A model generated the notes under the pieces. That model ran no database searches, was not told the DNA's origin, and was given only the letters and a program-made list of their open reading frames with translations. From Isurus oxyrinchus (Eukaryota): DNA of 64,000 bases. Each line of letters begins with the position of its first letter. Position 1 is the stretch's first letter. Positions 36,472 through 51,004 of this stretch are shown one piece after another. Both the position numbers and the translations under genes were made by a program. Location: the NCBI GenBank assembly GCA_026770705.1, contig JANJGN010000019.1:39370001-39434000 (forward strand), given 5' to 3'.

Positions 36472-38045
36472 TTCCAGCTCTTGGTCCTGCTCATTACAGC
36501 ACCTCAAGTTCATATTCAAGTCTTTTTTAAATGCAGTGAAGGTTTCTGCCTCTACCACCTTTCAGGCAGTGAGTTCCAGACTCCAGCTACAATCTGGATG
36601 GGAAATATTTCTCCTCATTTCCACTCTAATCCTTCTGCCAATTATTTTAATTTTATGCCCCCTGGTTGTTGACCTCTCCGCTAATGGAAAAGATCCTTCC
36701 TACCACTCTATCTAAGCACCTCTCAGAATTTTATGCACCTCAATTAAGTATCCCCTCAGTCTCCACTGTCTACAGGAAAACAACCCTAGTCTATCCAATC
36801 CTCATTGCTAAAATTCTCCGTTCTTGGCAACATCCTCATAAACCTATATGCTCTCCAGCTTGATACAAACCCCCTGTAATGTGCTGACCAGAACTGTATG
36901 TAGTACTCTAGCTATGATCAAACTAGCATTTTATATAGTTCTGGTACAACCTCCCTGTCCTTAGATTCTAATCCTCAGTCAATAAAGAAAAGTATCCTGT
37001 ATGCCTTCTTGAACATTTTATCTACCTGCCCTGCTACAATAGGGATCTGTGGACATGCACTCCATGCCCTCTGTTCTTTTACACTTTTCAGTATCCTGCC
37101 ATTTATCGTGCATTCCCTTGCCTTGTTTGAGCTGTCCAAACATTTCAAACTTCACACTTCTCCAGAATGAATTCCATTTACCATTTGTCTGCCTCCCTGA
37201 TCAGCCCATGAGGGTCCTTGTACTGAGCCCTGCAGAACATAATCGTAAACCCCAACCCTTTGCTTCCTGCCACTGAGCCATTTTTGGATCCAATTTGCTT
37301 TTTTCACTTGGATCCCATAAGCATTTAGTCTTCTGAGCAGACTGCCATGTGTAACCTTGTCAAAAGCCTTGCTAAAATCTATGTTGACTACATCAAATGT
37401 GCTACCCTTATTGACAGTCTCTATTTCCACCTCAAAAATTCAATCATGTTAGTCAGACATGAACTTTCCTTAACAAATTCATGCTTAATTGTCCTTGATT
37501 TAATCCATGCTTTTCTATATGGCAACTTATATTGTGTCTCAGAATTTTTTTCCAATAATTTGCTCACCACCAAGGTTCAGCTGACCAGTCTGTAATTACT
37601 TAAGGCTATACCTTAGTTCCTTTTTAGCGGTCATCCAGCATCATGCCTGTAGCCAGACAGCATTGGAAAATAGTGGTCAGAGCATCTATTTTTTATTTCC
37701 TTGCTTCCCATAGCAATCTGGGGTATATTTCATCCCTACCTAATGATTTATCCACTTTCAAGGATGCTAAGCACCTTAATATTTCCTCCCTCACTGTTTA
37801 TCCTTGCTAATATTTCATATTACTCCTTAAATATAATGTTTGCTTCATTCTCTCTTTTGTGAAAACAGACTCCAAGTATTCATGAAGAACCATGCTCACC
37901 TGTCCTAACTCCATACACACATTACATTTTTGGTCTCAAATTGGTCCTTACCTTTCCTTAGTTATCCTCTTGTTGTTTATGTATTTCTCTTTGGTTTTTT
38001 TAATTTTACTTCCCAATATTTTTTGCTCTCTTTGCTTTCTTAATT

Positions 38046-38515
38046 GCAGTCACTTGGTGGTACAAAATTTCAATCACGGAGTCATATCTAACAGTAGAAC
38101 AGTAAAACTCAGAATGTCTATTGGGTAGCACTTGCTGAACAATCCTGGACATGCGAATAGCTACCCAGTAACCAATTTAAGATATTCAGTCAAACTTGTA
38201 ATATGGTTCAACTTCCACTTGCTAGAAGCGACATATGTTCATGCACAGGGACTCGTTCTCTGTAAGCAAAAGGAATATGTTCAAGCCTTGCAATTTTTTT
38301 TAATTACTAGAGAGCTAGTAATTGGGGAGCTTATGGCTCACTGTTGCTTTCTCCATGGCAACACCTTAGCCAATTGGAGTCAACTTGCCAACCAATCAGC
38401 ACCCTTTTCTCCTGTAGCATAAATTGTATAATCATTTGAAATTTGGCATTCTTGCATTTGTCCTCATGAGTGCAAGATGAAAAGCTTCAGCAACATGTCA
38501 CACCTTTCAGCTATA
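38046..38515 (+). mobile_element. Penelope-like family B 3' fragment (GIY-YIG C-terminal relic plus hammerhead)
   Basis: HLLNNPGHA...HLLEATYVHAQGLVLCKQKE; hammerhead-like ttgtc ctcatga gtgcaagat gaaa agcttc at 38458-38488; imperfect TSD tttctt(a/g)att. Confidence 0.75.
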
Positions 38516-40798
38516 TTTCTTGATTTCCTTTTTCATTTCACTCCTGCACTTTCTGAACTCTCTAGGCTTTCTGCAGTATTGAGTTTTAGGCATCTGACGT
38601 CTTTATTGCCTTATCCTACTCGGTATGCTCTTTGACATTTGGTGGGGGCGGTGGAGTGGGACCTAGGTTTGGGAATGCAATGCTTTATCTTTGTGAACCC
38701 TCTTTAGCTTTTCCTTGAATGCCTCTCACTACTCTGACACTGATTTGCCTTCAAGTAGCTGTTTCCCATCCACTTCTGCCAAATCACATCTCAACTTAAT
38801 AAAATTACCCTTCCCCAACTTACAGCTTTTACCCTTGGTCTATATTTGCCCTTTTTCATAATAACACTAAACCTAACTGAAGTATGATCACTACCAATAA
38901 AATGTTTTCCCACAGATGCCCTTTCCAGCTGCTCAGTTTCCTTTCCTAAAATGAAGTCCAGAAGTGACCTTTCTCTTGGGCTTGTCCTGTAATGGCTTAT
39001 AAAGTTCTCCTAAATGCATTTTAAGAATTCTGTGCCATCTGCATCTTATACACTGATTTTTATCCCAGTTAATATTAGGGAGATGAAATCCCCTATTACT
39101 ACTGACATTTTGTTTCTGTACTGTTCAGCAATTCGCCTACCTATTTGCTCTACTATTTCCTTCTGACTGAGAATTTATAGTATACTCCCAGCATTGTGAT
39201 TACCTCTTTCTTGTCTCTCAAATCAACCAATATAACCTCATTTGATGCTCCTTCTAGCAATACATCCCTCCTCGTAGCTATGATTGTTTCTCTAACTAAT
39301 ATAATCAACCTCCCCCCTATATTTTTTGTTCCCCTCTCTATTCCATCTGAAAACCTTGTAACCAGGAATGTTGAGCTGCCATCCCTGCCCTTCTTTAAGC
39401 CACGTTTCAGAAATGGCCGTGATGCCATACTTCCAAGTACCCATCTGTGCTCTCAGTTCATCTGCCTTATTCATTATGCAATGAAGTACATACCAGTGAT
39501 TCCTAAACAACTTCTTTGTTATTTATTTTCTAGCCTTTGCTTCCTCAACTTTCCATTCTCACTTTTTAATTTTCTGCCTTCTATTTCCAACTTTGCTTCT
39601 CTTCCTTCTGAATCTACACTCTGGTTTCTATTCTCCTGCCAAGTGAGTTTAAATTATCACCAACAGCGCCAACAAACCTCCTCACTGAGATATTGTTCCT
39701 AGCTTTGTTCAGGTCCAACCGCTTTCCAGTCTCTCTGCCACAGAAACCTAAATCCCTCCGACGATTACAGCCTTTGAGATCCTTCTTTTTGATTTCTTTC
39801 CTAGCTCCCTGAAATCTACCTGCAAGTCGTCATCCTTCTTCCCACCTGTGTCATTGGTACCAATATGGACCAAGACCCCCCACCCCCTTGCACAATGTTT
39901 TGCAGCTGCTCAATGACATCCTTGACCCTGGCTTCAGAGAGGCAACATCTTGGAGTCATGTCTGTCATCACAGAAACATCTGTCCATTCAGCTTGACTAT
40001 TTAATCTCTCTACCACTATTGCTTTCCTGACTTCCTTCCTCCTCCACTGTACAGCTGAGCCATCCATAATTCTGTGGCCTTGCGTCTGGCTGTACACCCG
40101 AAAGGGCAGGGGAGGGGGGTGCAGACAGGGAGTGGGTGCCTGCAATACCTGCCTGGTCCTTCACTGTCTGGCGCTCCCTCTGCCTGCACACCCTTACACT
40201 GCAATGTGACCACCTCCGGAAGCACGCTACCCATGTATCTCTCACTAATGCACCGGATTGCATTTCACAGGATTGCGGTGCTCTTCCATATCTCCATTTA
40301 TTAGATTAAACTTGACAGAAATAAACTAAAGACTTATTTACCAAAAAAAAAACACTGACCAGGTACTCACTCAGCATCTTCCCATGTGCTGCTGCCATTT
40401 CAGGTTTGTTTTTTGCCTCAATCCTGATATTTGTGCTTCTGCCCCTGAACTCCTTCAGTTCTGTGCTCTCTTCTGCTCCAGTCTCTTCCATCCTATGGTA
40501 TCACTCCTTGATTTTCATTTTTGTTCTCGCTCTGCCACTGCTTTCATCCCTGCCTCTTACCTCTGGTCCCACTCCCGCTGTTGCACTCAAGTCTTGAGGT
40601 GCTGCTTCTTTTATCCTCATGCCTCACCTCTAGTCTCACTGTTGACACTGCTTCTCTTGTCTTTCTAAGTTTTTTTTTACAATAACTATGTGCATGTAAT
40701 TGCTTAAATTTGACTGCAATTAATATTCACATGCCCCAAGATTAGTTTTGAGAGCAAAACTTCAATTCTGTTTAAACACTTGTGTTACTTTTTCATAG

Positions 40799-41002
<204 letters not shown>

Positions 41003-41215
41003 TAAGGCAGAAAATTATTACCTTATTTGGTGGTCAAAACAGTGGTTCATCTTGCATATAAGGTTTAGTCCAAGTCTATTTTGTAATACTATTCTTTGAA
41101 GGTATTGTCAACAATAGCTGTTTTTTGAAAGTGAACAATTACCAGAGCGATAATATAAAATATAGTTACATGCAACAACATTAACGCTAATTTAATTGTA
41201 ATATTTTATCCTCAG

Positions 41216-41356
41216 ATCAACAAGCATGCTTTTTCAGGTGGCAAGGATACTATTGAAGAACACCAACAGTTTGGTGGGAATTGTGAAGTAGATGTATCTT
41301 ACATGTATTTGACCTTTTTCCTAGAAGATGATGAGAAACTGGACAAAATAAAACAG
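41216..41356 (+). CDS. WARS1: WARS1 exon 10 (anticodon-binding domain)
   Basis: cctcag|[47 protein letters not shown]|gtcagt; 141 nt. Confidence 0.97.
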
Positions 41357-42896
41357 GTCAGTGTAATGTATTTCATTTTAAAATTTTCTTTTTAAAATGT
41401 TTATTGCGCTACCCCTCCTCCACAGCCGCCAGCACACTAACCTACTCTGACCTGGTCAAAATTAAAACACAGAATCTCACAGGTAATAATTTCTGGATTG
41501 TTACCTGTGCCACTTGAAAGTTGGCAAAGGGACAAACCGATTAGGATGGTAAGTTCATTGCTGAAAGAATGGTGTGGGAGGCAGGGTTTTCAATTCATGG
41601 AGCACTGGCACCAGTAATGGCAAAAAAAAGCTGTTCCATTGGGATGGGCTCCACTTAAACCATAATGAGGCCTGTGTCCTGGTGAATCGTGTAACGAGGG
41701 CAGTAAATAGGGCTTTAAACTAATGAATTGGTTGTGGGGATCGGATTCAGGGAAGGTTAAATTCAAAAGCAATCGTATGAATGTTGAGGCTGGAGAACAG
41801 GATAGCAATTTGGATCAAATTAAACAGAAAAGGTCAGGAAGAGACTTAGAGTTTAAAAGGTTATAGGCCATTAGTCACTAAAGTGATATCAGGGAAAAAT
41901 ATAAATAAATTAATAGAAATACATAGGTTTCATCTCACAGAGATTATGAAAATGTGGTTAGAGTGACCAGGGTTGGGAGTTAAAAGTTCCAGGATTCTTG
42001 ACTTTTGGAATTGACAGGGAAAATAGAAATGGGAGGGCAGTGATAGTCCTGATAATAAAAATTGGAATAAAGACAGTAGCGAGAAAAAGATCTTGGCTCA
42101 GAGAATAAAGATGTAGAATTCGTTTGGGTACAGCTAAGAAACAAGGGGCAGAAAACAGTGGTAGGAGTAATTAATAGGCCCCCTAACAGTAATTGCCATG
42201 CCACGTAGAGTGTAAATGATGAGATCAGAGGTGCATGTAGTAAGTGTTATACAACTATCAGAGGGCACTTTAATCTTCAAGTAGACTGGACAAACCAAAT
42301 TTGCAGCAGTAGTATGGAGGATGAGTTCATTGACTGGATTGAAAGTTTTCTAAATCACTATGTTACGGAACCAATTAGGAAACAGGCTGGTTTGGATGTA
42401 GTATTATGCAGTAAGGTAGGGTTAATTAATAATCTTGTAGTAAAGGAACCTCTTGGGAAGTGTGATCATATGGTAGAATTTTATGTTGAGTTTACAGTGT
42501 GATTTTGTTGAATCCATAACTAGGATCCTATGTATGAATGAAGCAAATTAAGGAGGTATGAGGGGCGAATAGGCCAAGGTAGGTTGGAAAATTAGATTTA
42601 AAAGGCATGACAGTAGATAAACAATGAAAATATCAAAAGAAATAATTCATAATATATATTCCCTTGAGGAATAAAAACCTCATGGTATAAGTGACCCTAT
42701 GGTGGCTATCAAGAAGTTGGGCTAATGGATGCAGTTTAAAATGTTGCCAAAAATAGTAGTAAGTTTGAGGATCAGGCCGATTTTAGAATTCAACAAAGAA
42801 TGCTCAGAAAATTGATGGAAAATACAATATGAGAGTGAACAAGAAAGAGAGAAGAACAAATTGTGAAAGCTTCTATAGACACATAAAAAGGGAAAG

Positions 42897-44047
42897 TAGT
42901 CATTTGGCAGTACAGAACTTGAGTATTGCTGAAAAAAGAAGTTTTTTTGTCAAACCTTTTCATCTTGCACTCATCAGGAAATTTGCAAGAAAATGCCAAT
43001 GTCAAGGGCGACAGCAATTTATACTGTATGAGAAGAGAGTGCTGATTAGTTGGCAAGTTAGACTCTGTCGGAGGCAGTGCCATGGAGAATGCACCAGCTG
43101 ATGGAGACTGACAGTTAACTGCCAAGCATTGCTGAAATTTAAACCAGGCAACTTGACGCTGGTCAAGACATTGCCGTGGGAAATGAACCAGGAAATGGCT
43201 GTCACTTATTTTGTTTAGTTGCAATGTATGTACATGTTCTTTCTGTTTGCAAAGAACAGGGCCCTGTACATTAATCTATGTAGCTTCCAGTACACACACA
43301 CACCACACTGTGAACCTGACTGATGATCTTAAATTGGTTGTCAGCGTAATTCTTAACACACAGAGGATTATTTAGCAAAAATTGTCCAATCGTGGAATCA
43401 CATCTAATGTTGGACACTGTTTCGAGTTTTGCAAGCATAGGCTGGTTGGATACGGTCTGTACCTTGAATGTTGCGAATATCAACTATCAATATACAGACT
43501 ATACCCAACCAGCCCATGCTTGCAAAACTCAAAACACAGTGTCCCAACATTAGATGTGATTCTGCAATTGGACATTTGCTAAATAATCCTCAGTGTGTTA
43601 AGAATTATACTGACAACCAATTTTAGATCGTCAGTTGGACTTGCAGTGTAGCAGATTTGTATGTACTGGAAGCTACATATGTTAATACACCGGGCCCTGT
43701 TCTTTGTAGACAGAAAGGACATGTACACACATTGCACCTGTTTCAGCTAAACAAAATAAGTAACAGCCATTCTCTGGTTCATTTCCCAGAGCAATGTCTT
43801 GACCAATCAGAGTCAAGTGGCCTTGTTTAAATTTTAAGCCACGCTTGGCAGTTAACTGTCAGTCATCAACAACTGGTGCATTCTCCATGGCAGCGCCTCT
43901 ACCAGAGTCCACTTGCCAATCCATCAGTACTCTCTTCTCATACGTTGTAAATTGTTGTTTCACCTGACATTGGTATTTTCTTGGGAATTGTCATGATGAG
44001 TGTAAGACAAAAAGCTTCAATGATAAATGTCTCTGTTTTTGTCAACA
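42897..44047. mobile_element. Penelope-like family B, ~1.15-kb fold-back element with 14-bp TSD
   Basis: ATAAAAAGG(G/A)AAAG at 42883-42896 and 44048-44061; inverted arms with a GIY-YIG relic (STIGQFLLNNPLCVKNYADNQFKII) and a hammerhead near each outer end. Confidence 0.8.
42947..42982 (-). ncRNA. Hammerhead ribozyme motif (family B), core intact
   Basis: Minus strand: tttc CTGATGA gtgcaagat GAAA aggttt gacaa; sister copies at 38458-38493 and 43988-44020 (+). Confidence 0.6.
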
Positions 44048-44119
44048 ATAAAAAGGAAAAGATTAACAACAGTAATCAATAAACAAATTAGAGGCAGAGA
44101 CAGAAGAAAGTATCATGGG

Positions 44120-46710
44120 AAATTGGTGGCAGTGGCTATACCACAATTCAAGGATGACATCTACTCAGGGTTCAGTTTTCTGCCATGGGTTTTCATGTGA
44201 CTACGCAGGCCAGTTTTCAACACGTGGATCTTTGGGCGTGTTCAGCATGATGCCCCACAAGGTAGTGGGATTCAGAACTCAGGATTTGCTTCCTTCTCTG
44301 CCATCAGTATGCCTCATTATTAAGGCATTAAGAACTCAAAAGCGTGATGCAGCTTGACGGACAACTTGTCATCATTCTGAGCAATTGGTAGAAAGCTCAT
44401 ACCAGTCATTAATGTCAATGCTGCTGCTCTTCAAGAAGAACAGAGTGTCTTTGAAGCTTTCCTTTGATCTTCCCAGATGGTTGACCATTTGAAAGTTTAG
44501 AGAACAGGACCTGGTGGAGGCAAAAACTTTCAACCGTTGGGACACTGTGGCCAATCCATCGAAGTTGATCTTGCAGGACTTTTGGCTGAATGCTTGTGGG
44601 CCTGAAGGACACAGACACAGTTCAATGGCCCTCCCATTGAATCCAAAGGATGCGGCAGAGACTTTGTTGAGGGAATTTCTTTAGTAATCTTCTGCTGGCG
44701 CTGATGCACAGTCCAGGTCTTTCTGCAGTACGGGAGCATGGTGAAGACAGCTGCTCTGTACACTATGCCTTTTGTTGACTTGCAGGGGTCTTTATTGTTC
44801 TGTTGTTCGTAGAGGACTGAACTGGCAGAGCTGATCTGTTGTTGGATCTCCATGTCAATGGTGGCCCTTAGACGGAGGTGATTGTTGAGGTTGGGAAGTG
44901 CATATTAGGGTCTCTACTTCAACATATAAGGGAGATGGAATATTTGGCTGACCAGATGTGGTTTGATATGGGTTTTGTTCTGGCAACACTTAAGAATAGA
45001 ACTGGTTTCCTGTATATAGAATTGAAGAGATCAAGGGTGGCTTGCAAATCTTGTGTAGAGTGGACAATGACACTACATTCATACACATACTGTAGATCAT
45101 GTATATCTATGGTGGTCAGTATAATTTTGGCACAGAGATGACTGAGGTTAAAGTTTTCCATCAAGATGTATTTTAATACTGACAACAAAAGGAAGTTGAT
45201 CTTTGAGGTGAATAGCCATCATCAGGTAGATTTTGAATAGTAGTAGTGCTATCACACAGCCTTGCTTGACCCCAGTCCAGATTTTGAAGGTGTCTATTTC
45301 ACATCCCCCACTTGAGACATACATAGTAATATCATCATAAAGCAATCACAGGATTGTGGTGAGGTCTCTTGGAGATTCAAATCATTGGAACGCAATCCAC
45401 AGAGCCTCACAATTTACTGAGTCAAATGCTTTGGTCAGGTCAGTGAATGCAATGAAGAGTTCTGGGGTTATTTCTGATATTTTTCTTGCATTTGTTTGGC
45501 ATCAAAGACAATGTCGGAAGCTCCTCTGAACGGCCTAAAACCACACGCAGTCTTTAGGAGGACTTTCTCAGCCATAGGAAGTAGGCAATTCAGGAGAATG
45601 CAGGTCAGGATTTTCTCTGCTGTGTACGAGAGGGAAATGGCTGGAATTTTTCCACAGTATGATTCATCTCCCTTGTTGAAGATGGTTATAGTAGGTGCAT
45701 TCCTGAAGTCAGGGTGGAGGTCTTTTTCCTCCACATTCCATATTTTGAGTGCATGGAGTCTTGATGTGAGCCAGCTGGTCTGCCAGCTTTGAAGAACTCA
45801 GGAGGAATGCCATTGAGACCCCAGGTGTTGTTGTTTTTCATCTTTTGATTGCTTGTTGCAACTCTCCCATCAATAAGGCTCACCCATGGATTCTACCACA
45901 GGGCATTGGGGATGGCCTGGAGGATGTCAGCTGGCACTGTAGATTCACGGTTGAGGAGTTGCTCAGAATGTTCTTTCCAATGTTGGAGGATGGCATTGTC
46001 GTCCTTAAGAAGAGAAACATCAATGTGTGAACGAAGAGGATTTTGCCCATTTGACCTCTGTCTATAGGTAGCCCTCATGGCTTCAAAAAAGCTTCGCATG
46101 ACATGACCAGCAAACTATTGGATCTCTCAGATTTCCTCTTCCCATCACATGTTCTTTTTCTTCTGGATTTGTATTTGGGTATCAGCCTTGAGCGTTGGAA
46201 TACTGGCTTCTTGAGTTGCAACCTTGGATTGTTCTACCAAGCAATAAAGGCTGCTCATTTTTGTTCCAGTGTGTCATGTAGTGTTGAGCATCATTTGCGT
46301 CAAACCAGCCCTGATGCCCACAAAGCTCAAACCCATTGATCTGGACACAGCAGTCTAGTACAGCTGACTTTATTTGATCCCACTGTTCTGGAATTGAGTT
46401 GGATGTGAAGATTTTTCAGATTGTTTGTGAGCTGAACTTTAGAATTCCTCTCTTGGTCAGGCTGTTTTAGGACTGAGACATTGATCATCTTCCTCTTGGA
46501 CATTTGGGCTTCGTGATGTCTGCGTGCTAGGTGTATGATTATCACCAATCGAATAAGTCGATCGATGATTTGTCCAGCGGGCATCAGTCCCCCAAATGGA
46601 CCGAGTGATACAGACATCACTTAGATCTTTAACCCGAACAATGGCACAATCCAAAAGGTGCCAGTGCCTTTGATCTAGGATGCCCCCATGTGGCTTTGTT
46701 TTTGCTATTC
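44120..46710 (-). mobile_element. RTE-clade LINE relic
   Basis: HWHLLDCAIVR, CGFRPFRGASDIVF, TGVKQGCVIALLLF, VYRAAVFTMLPYC, QLRWIGH. Confidence 0.85.
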
Positions 46711-47895
46711 TAGCAGAAGAGGGTATGTATTTTAATGAAGCCATGCTGGGAAATAAGGAACTGGGAGAAAAATTAAACAAAAACTTTGTATCTGTCTTTA
46801 TAATAGACTATACAAAAGAAACATTCCTGGGAAGGTGGGGAACTAAGGGTTCATTGGGGATGATGAAGTTAAGGAAATTCTTACTAGTAAAGGAATAGTA
46901 CTAGTGAAATTAATGGGATTGAAAGCTGACAAATCCCCAAGACCTGATACTACTACAGGTTTTAAAAGAGGTGCCTACAGTGGATGCATTTGCTTTGATC
47001 TTCTAGATTTTATAAGATCATTAGAGAAAAAGAAAATAAGCAGAAGCACTCCATTTGACTCATCAAGCCTCCTCTGCCATTCGATAAAATCATGGCTGAT
47101 CTGATTGTGGCCATAACTCCATTTTCCTGTCTGTCCCCCATAACCCTTTAACTCCTTTGTGAATCAAAAATCTATCTGACTCATCCTTGGAATATATTCC
47201 ACTGCTCTCTGCTGAAGACAATCCCAAAGACTAATGATCCTCTGAGAGAAGAAATTCCTCCTCATGTCCATCTCAAATGAGAGTCCCCTTATTTTAAAAC
47301 TCTGCCCTCCAATTCTAGATTTCCCCCATGAAAGGAAATATCTTCCCAGCATCTACCCTATCAGAGTTTTATATGTTTCAATAAGGTCACCTCTCATTCT
47401 TCTAAACTCTAATACGTTTGTCAAAACATTTCCCTTTCACCAAACCATATTGACGCTGCCTATTTGTATTATGATTTTCTAAGTATCCTGTTATTACCCC
47501 CTTAATAATGGATTCTAGCATTTTCCTAATGACATATGTTAGACTAACTGGCCCACAGTTTCCTGCTTTCTGTTTCCCTCGTTTCTTGAGTTCCCAGATT
47601 TTAGATTAGTCCTTGCAGATTGGAAGGTAGCAAATGTAACCCTGCTAATTCAAGAAAGGAGGCCATTTAGCCTGTGGTCAGTAATAGGGAAAATGTAAGA
47701 ATTTATTGTTAGGTATGTAATTCAGAGACACGTAAATGGTAATATGATTGGGCAATTCAACACAGAATTGAAAGGGCAATCATGTTTGTCAAATGTTATG
47801 TTTTTTGAAGTTGCATCTAGCAATAAGAGGCAACCAGTGAATGTAGTGTATTTGGATTTCAAAAAGCATTCATTAAGATACTGCACAAGAGAATA

Positions 47896-50800
47896 ATAAA
47901 AACAGAAAAGCACAGGAAAAACTCAGCAGGTCTGGCAGCATATATGGAGAGATTAACAGAGTTAACATTTGAGTCCAATATGATTCTTCTTCGGAATTGA
48001 AGAGAAAGGAATTGATGGGTCTTTTTAAATTCCTTGACGGGATGCGGGTGTCGCTGGCTAGACCAGAATTTATTGCCCATCCTTAATTGCACTTGAGAAG
48101 GTGGTGGTGAGCTGTCTTCTTGAACCGTTGCAGTCCCTATGGTGAAGATACACCCACGGTGCTGTTAGGGAGGCAGCTCCAAGATTTTTACCCAGAAGCA
48201 GTGGAGGAACGGCAATATATTTCCAAGTCAGGCTGGTGTGTGGCTCGGAAGGGAACTTCCAGGTGCTGGTGCTCCCATATATCTGCAGCCTTTATCCTTC
48301 TAGGTGGTAGCAGTCATGGTGAGTTTCTGCAGTGCATCTTGGTACAGACTACTGCAATTGTTCATTGGTGGTGGAGGGAGCGAATGCTTGTGGAAGGGAG
48401 TGCCAATCAAGGAAGCTGTCTTGTCCTGGATGGTGTCAAGCTTCTTGAGTGTTGTTGGAGCTGCACTCATCCAGGCAAGTGGAGAGTATTCCATCACACT
48501 CCTGACTTGTGTCTTGTAGTTGGTAGGGTCAGGAGGTGAGTTACTCACTGCAGGATTCCTAGCCTCTGAGCTGCTCTCGTAGCCATAGTACTTATATGGC
48601 TAGTCCAGTTTTGTTTCTGGTCAATGGTAACCCCTAGCATATTGATCATGGGGAATTCAGTAATGGTAATGCCATTGAATGTCAAGGGGCGATGGTTAAA
48701 TTCTCTCCTGTTGGCGATGGTCATTGCCTGGCACTTGTATGGCACGACTGTAACTTGCCACTTGTCAGTGCAAGTTTTGCTGCATTTGGGCATGGACTGC
48801 TTCAGTATCTGAGGAGTCACAAATGGTGCTGAGCTTTGTGCAAATCATCAGTGTACATCCCCACTTCTGACCTTATGGTGGAAGGAAGGCCATTGATAAA
48901 GCAGCTGAAGATGGTTGAGCCTAAGACACCATCCTGAGGAACTCCTGCAGTCATGTCCTGGAACTGGGATGATTGACCTCTATCTTTCTTTGTGCTAGGT
49001 GTGACTGCAACCAGCTCCGCCTGATTCCCATTGACTCCCGTTTTGCTAGGGCTCCTTGATGCCACACTCGGTCAAATGCTGCCTTGTTGTCAAGGGCAGT
49101 CACTCTCACCTCGCCTCTGGAGTTCAGCTCTTTTGTCCATGTTTTAACCAAGGCTGTAATGAGGTCAGAAGCTGAATTACCCTGGTGGAACCCAAACTGA
49201 GCATCTGTGAACAGGTTATTGCTCAGCAAGTGCTGCTTGATAGCAGTGTTGATGACATCTTCCATCACTTTACTGATGATGGAGATTGACTGATGTAACA
49301 GCAATTGGCCGTATTGGATTAGTAATGATTTTTGTGTACAGGAATACCTGGGCAATTTTCCACATTGCCAGGTAGATGCCAGTGTTGTTGCTGTACTGGA
49401 ACAGCTTGGCTAGGGATGTGGCAAGTTATGAAGCACAAGTCTCAGTACTATTGTTGGAATATTGTCAGAGCCCATAGCATTTGTTAAGTGCAGTGCCTTC
49501 AGCCGTTTCTTGATATCACATGGAGTGAATCGAATTGGCTGAAGACTGGCATCTGTGATGCTGGGGACCTCTGGGGGAGGCCAAGATGGATCATCCACTC
49601 TGCCCTACTGGCTGAAGATTGTTGCGAATGCTTCAGCCTTATCTTTTGCACTGATGTGCTGGGCTCCCTCATCATTGAGGATGGGGATATTTGTGGAGCC
49701 TCCTCCTCCAGCAAATTGTTTAATTGTCCACCACCATTCGTGACTGGATGTGGCAGGACTGCAGAGCTTAGATCTGATCCGTTGATTGTGGAATTGCTTA
49801 GCTCTATCTATTGCTTGCTGCTTATACTGATTTGCACGCAAGTAGTCCTGTGTTATAGCTTCACTAGGTTGACAACTCATGTTTAGGTATGCCTGGTGCT
49901 GCTCCTGGCATGCCCTCTTGCACCCTTCGTCGAACCAGGGTTGATCTCCTGGCTTGGCGGTAATGGTAGAGTATGGGATATGCCGGGTCATGAGTTTACT
50001 GATTGTGGTTGAGTACAATTCTGCTGCTGCTGATGGGCCACAGCGCCACATGGCTGTCCAGTCTTAGTTGCCAGATCTGTTCGAAATCTATTGCATTCAG
50101 CACTGTGGTAGTGCCACACAACACAACAGAGGGCATCCTCAGTGTGAAGACTGGACTTTGTCTCCATAAGGACTGTGCAGTAGTTTCTCCTACTGATACC
50201 ATCATGGACGGATGCATCTGCGGCAGGCAGGTTGGTGAGAAAGAGGTCAAGTACGTTTTTCCCTCTTGTTCGTTCCCTCTTGTTATTCCCTCACCACCTG
50301 CTGCTGACCCAGTCTAGCAGCTATGTCCTTCAGGACTCTGCGAACTCGGTCAGTAGTGGTGCTACCGAGCCACTCTTGGTGATGGACATTTTATGCTGTT
50401 AAGAAAGGGGGAAGGGGTAGGTGGAGCAAAGGAGAAACTCAGGGATAAGTTAGACAGCGGGGGAGATTAAATGACAAAGATATCATGAAACCAAAGGCAA
50501 AAGGAGTGGTAATGATAGGATTAAAGAAACAAAGGACTGGTCCAGGTTTTAAAAGCAGAATAAAGGTCAGCACTGTCTGAAAGCAAAATAACAATGTGTT
50601 AACACATTCATGCTGTCTTTATCACTCCCTCTGCCTTTGGATCCACAACATTTTTGTAATTTAATCTACCCCACTCTCTAATCTATCCCTGCCCATTTTT
50701 GCTTCACCTTCCCTTCTGCCCTTTTTCAATAGCATAAAACCCATCAAATTCCCACCTTTAATCAGTTCTGAAGAAGTCATGTTGGATGCAAAATGTTAAC

Positions 50801-50901
50801 TCTGTTTCCATCTCCACAGATGCTGCCAGACCTGCTGAGTTTTTTCCAGCACTTTGTTTTTATTTCAGATCTGCGGTATCCACAGTATTTTGCTTTCATT
50901 T
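47896..50901. mobile_element. Penelope-like family A fold-back element (17-bp TSD), split by a LINE
   Basis: TACTGC(A/T)CAAGAGAATA at 47879-47895 and 50902-50918; left arm 47896-48020 resumes at ~50390; right arm ~50610-50901. Confidence 0.75.
48021..50390 (-). mobile_element. CR1-group LINE of a second family, nested in the Penelope-like element
   Basis: AQFGFHQGNSASDLI, DNKAAFDRVWHQG, AGVPQDGVLGSTIF, YTDD, YKTQVRSVMEYSPLAW. Confidence 0.85.
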
Positions 50902-51004
50902 TACTGCTCAAGAGAATATTGCACAAGGTTAGGGCTCATGGGGTAGGGGATAATATCTAAGCATGCATTGAGAATTGTTTTATGGACAGAAAACAGAGTA
51001 GGAA

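Larger units (their letters stand above)
36323..40250 (-). mobile_element. Long decayed CR1 LINE in WARS1 intron 8, with nested insertions
   Basis: DFSKAFDKVTH, AISETWLKEG...LNIPGYKVFR, ORF1 relics near 39700-40250. Confidence 0.88.
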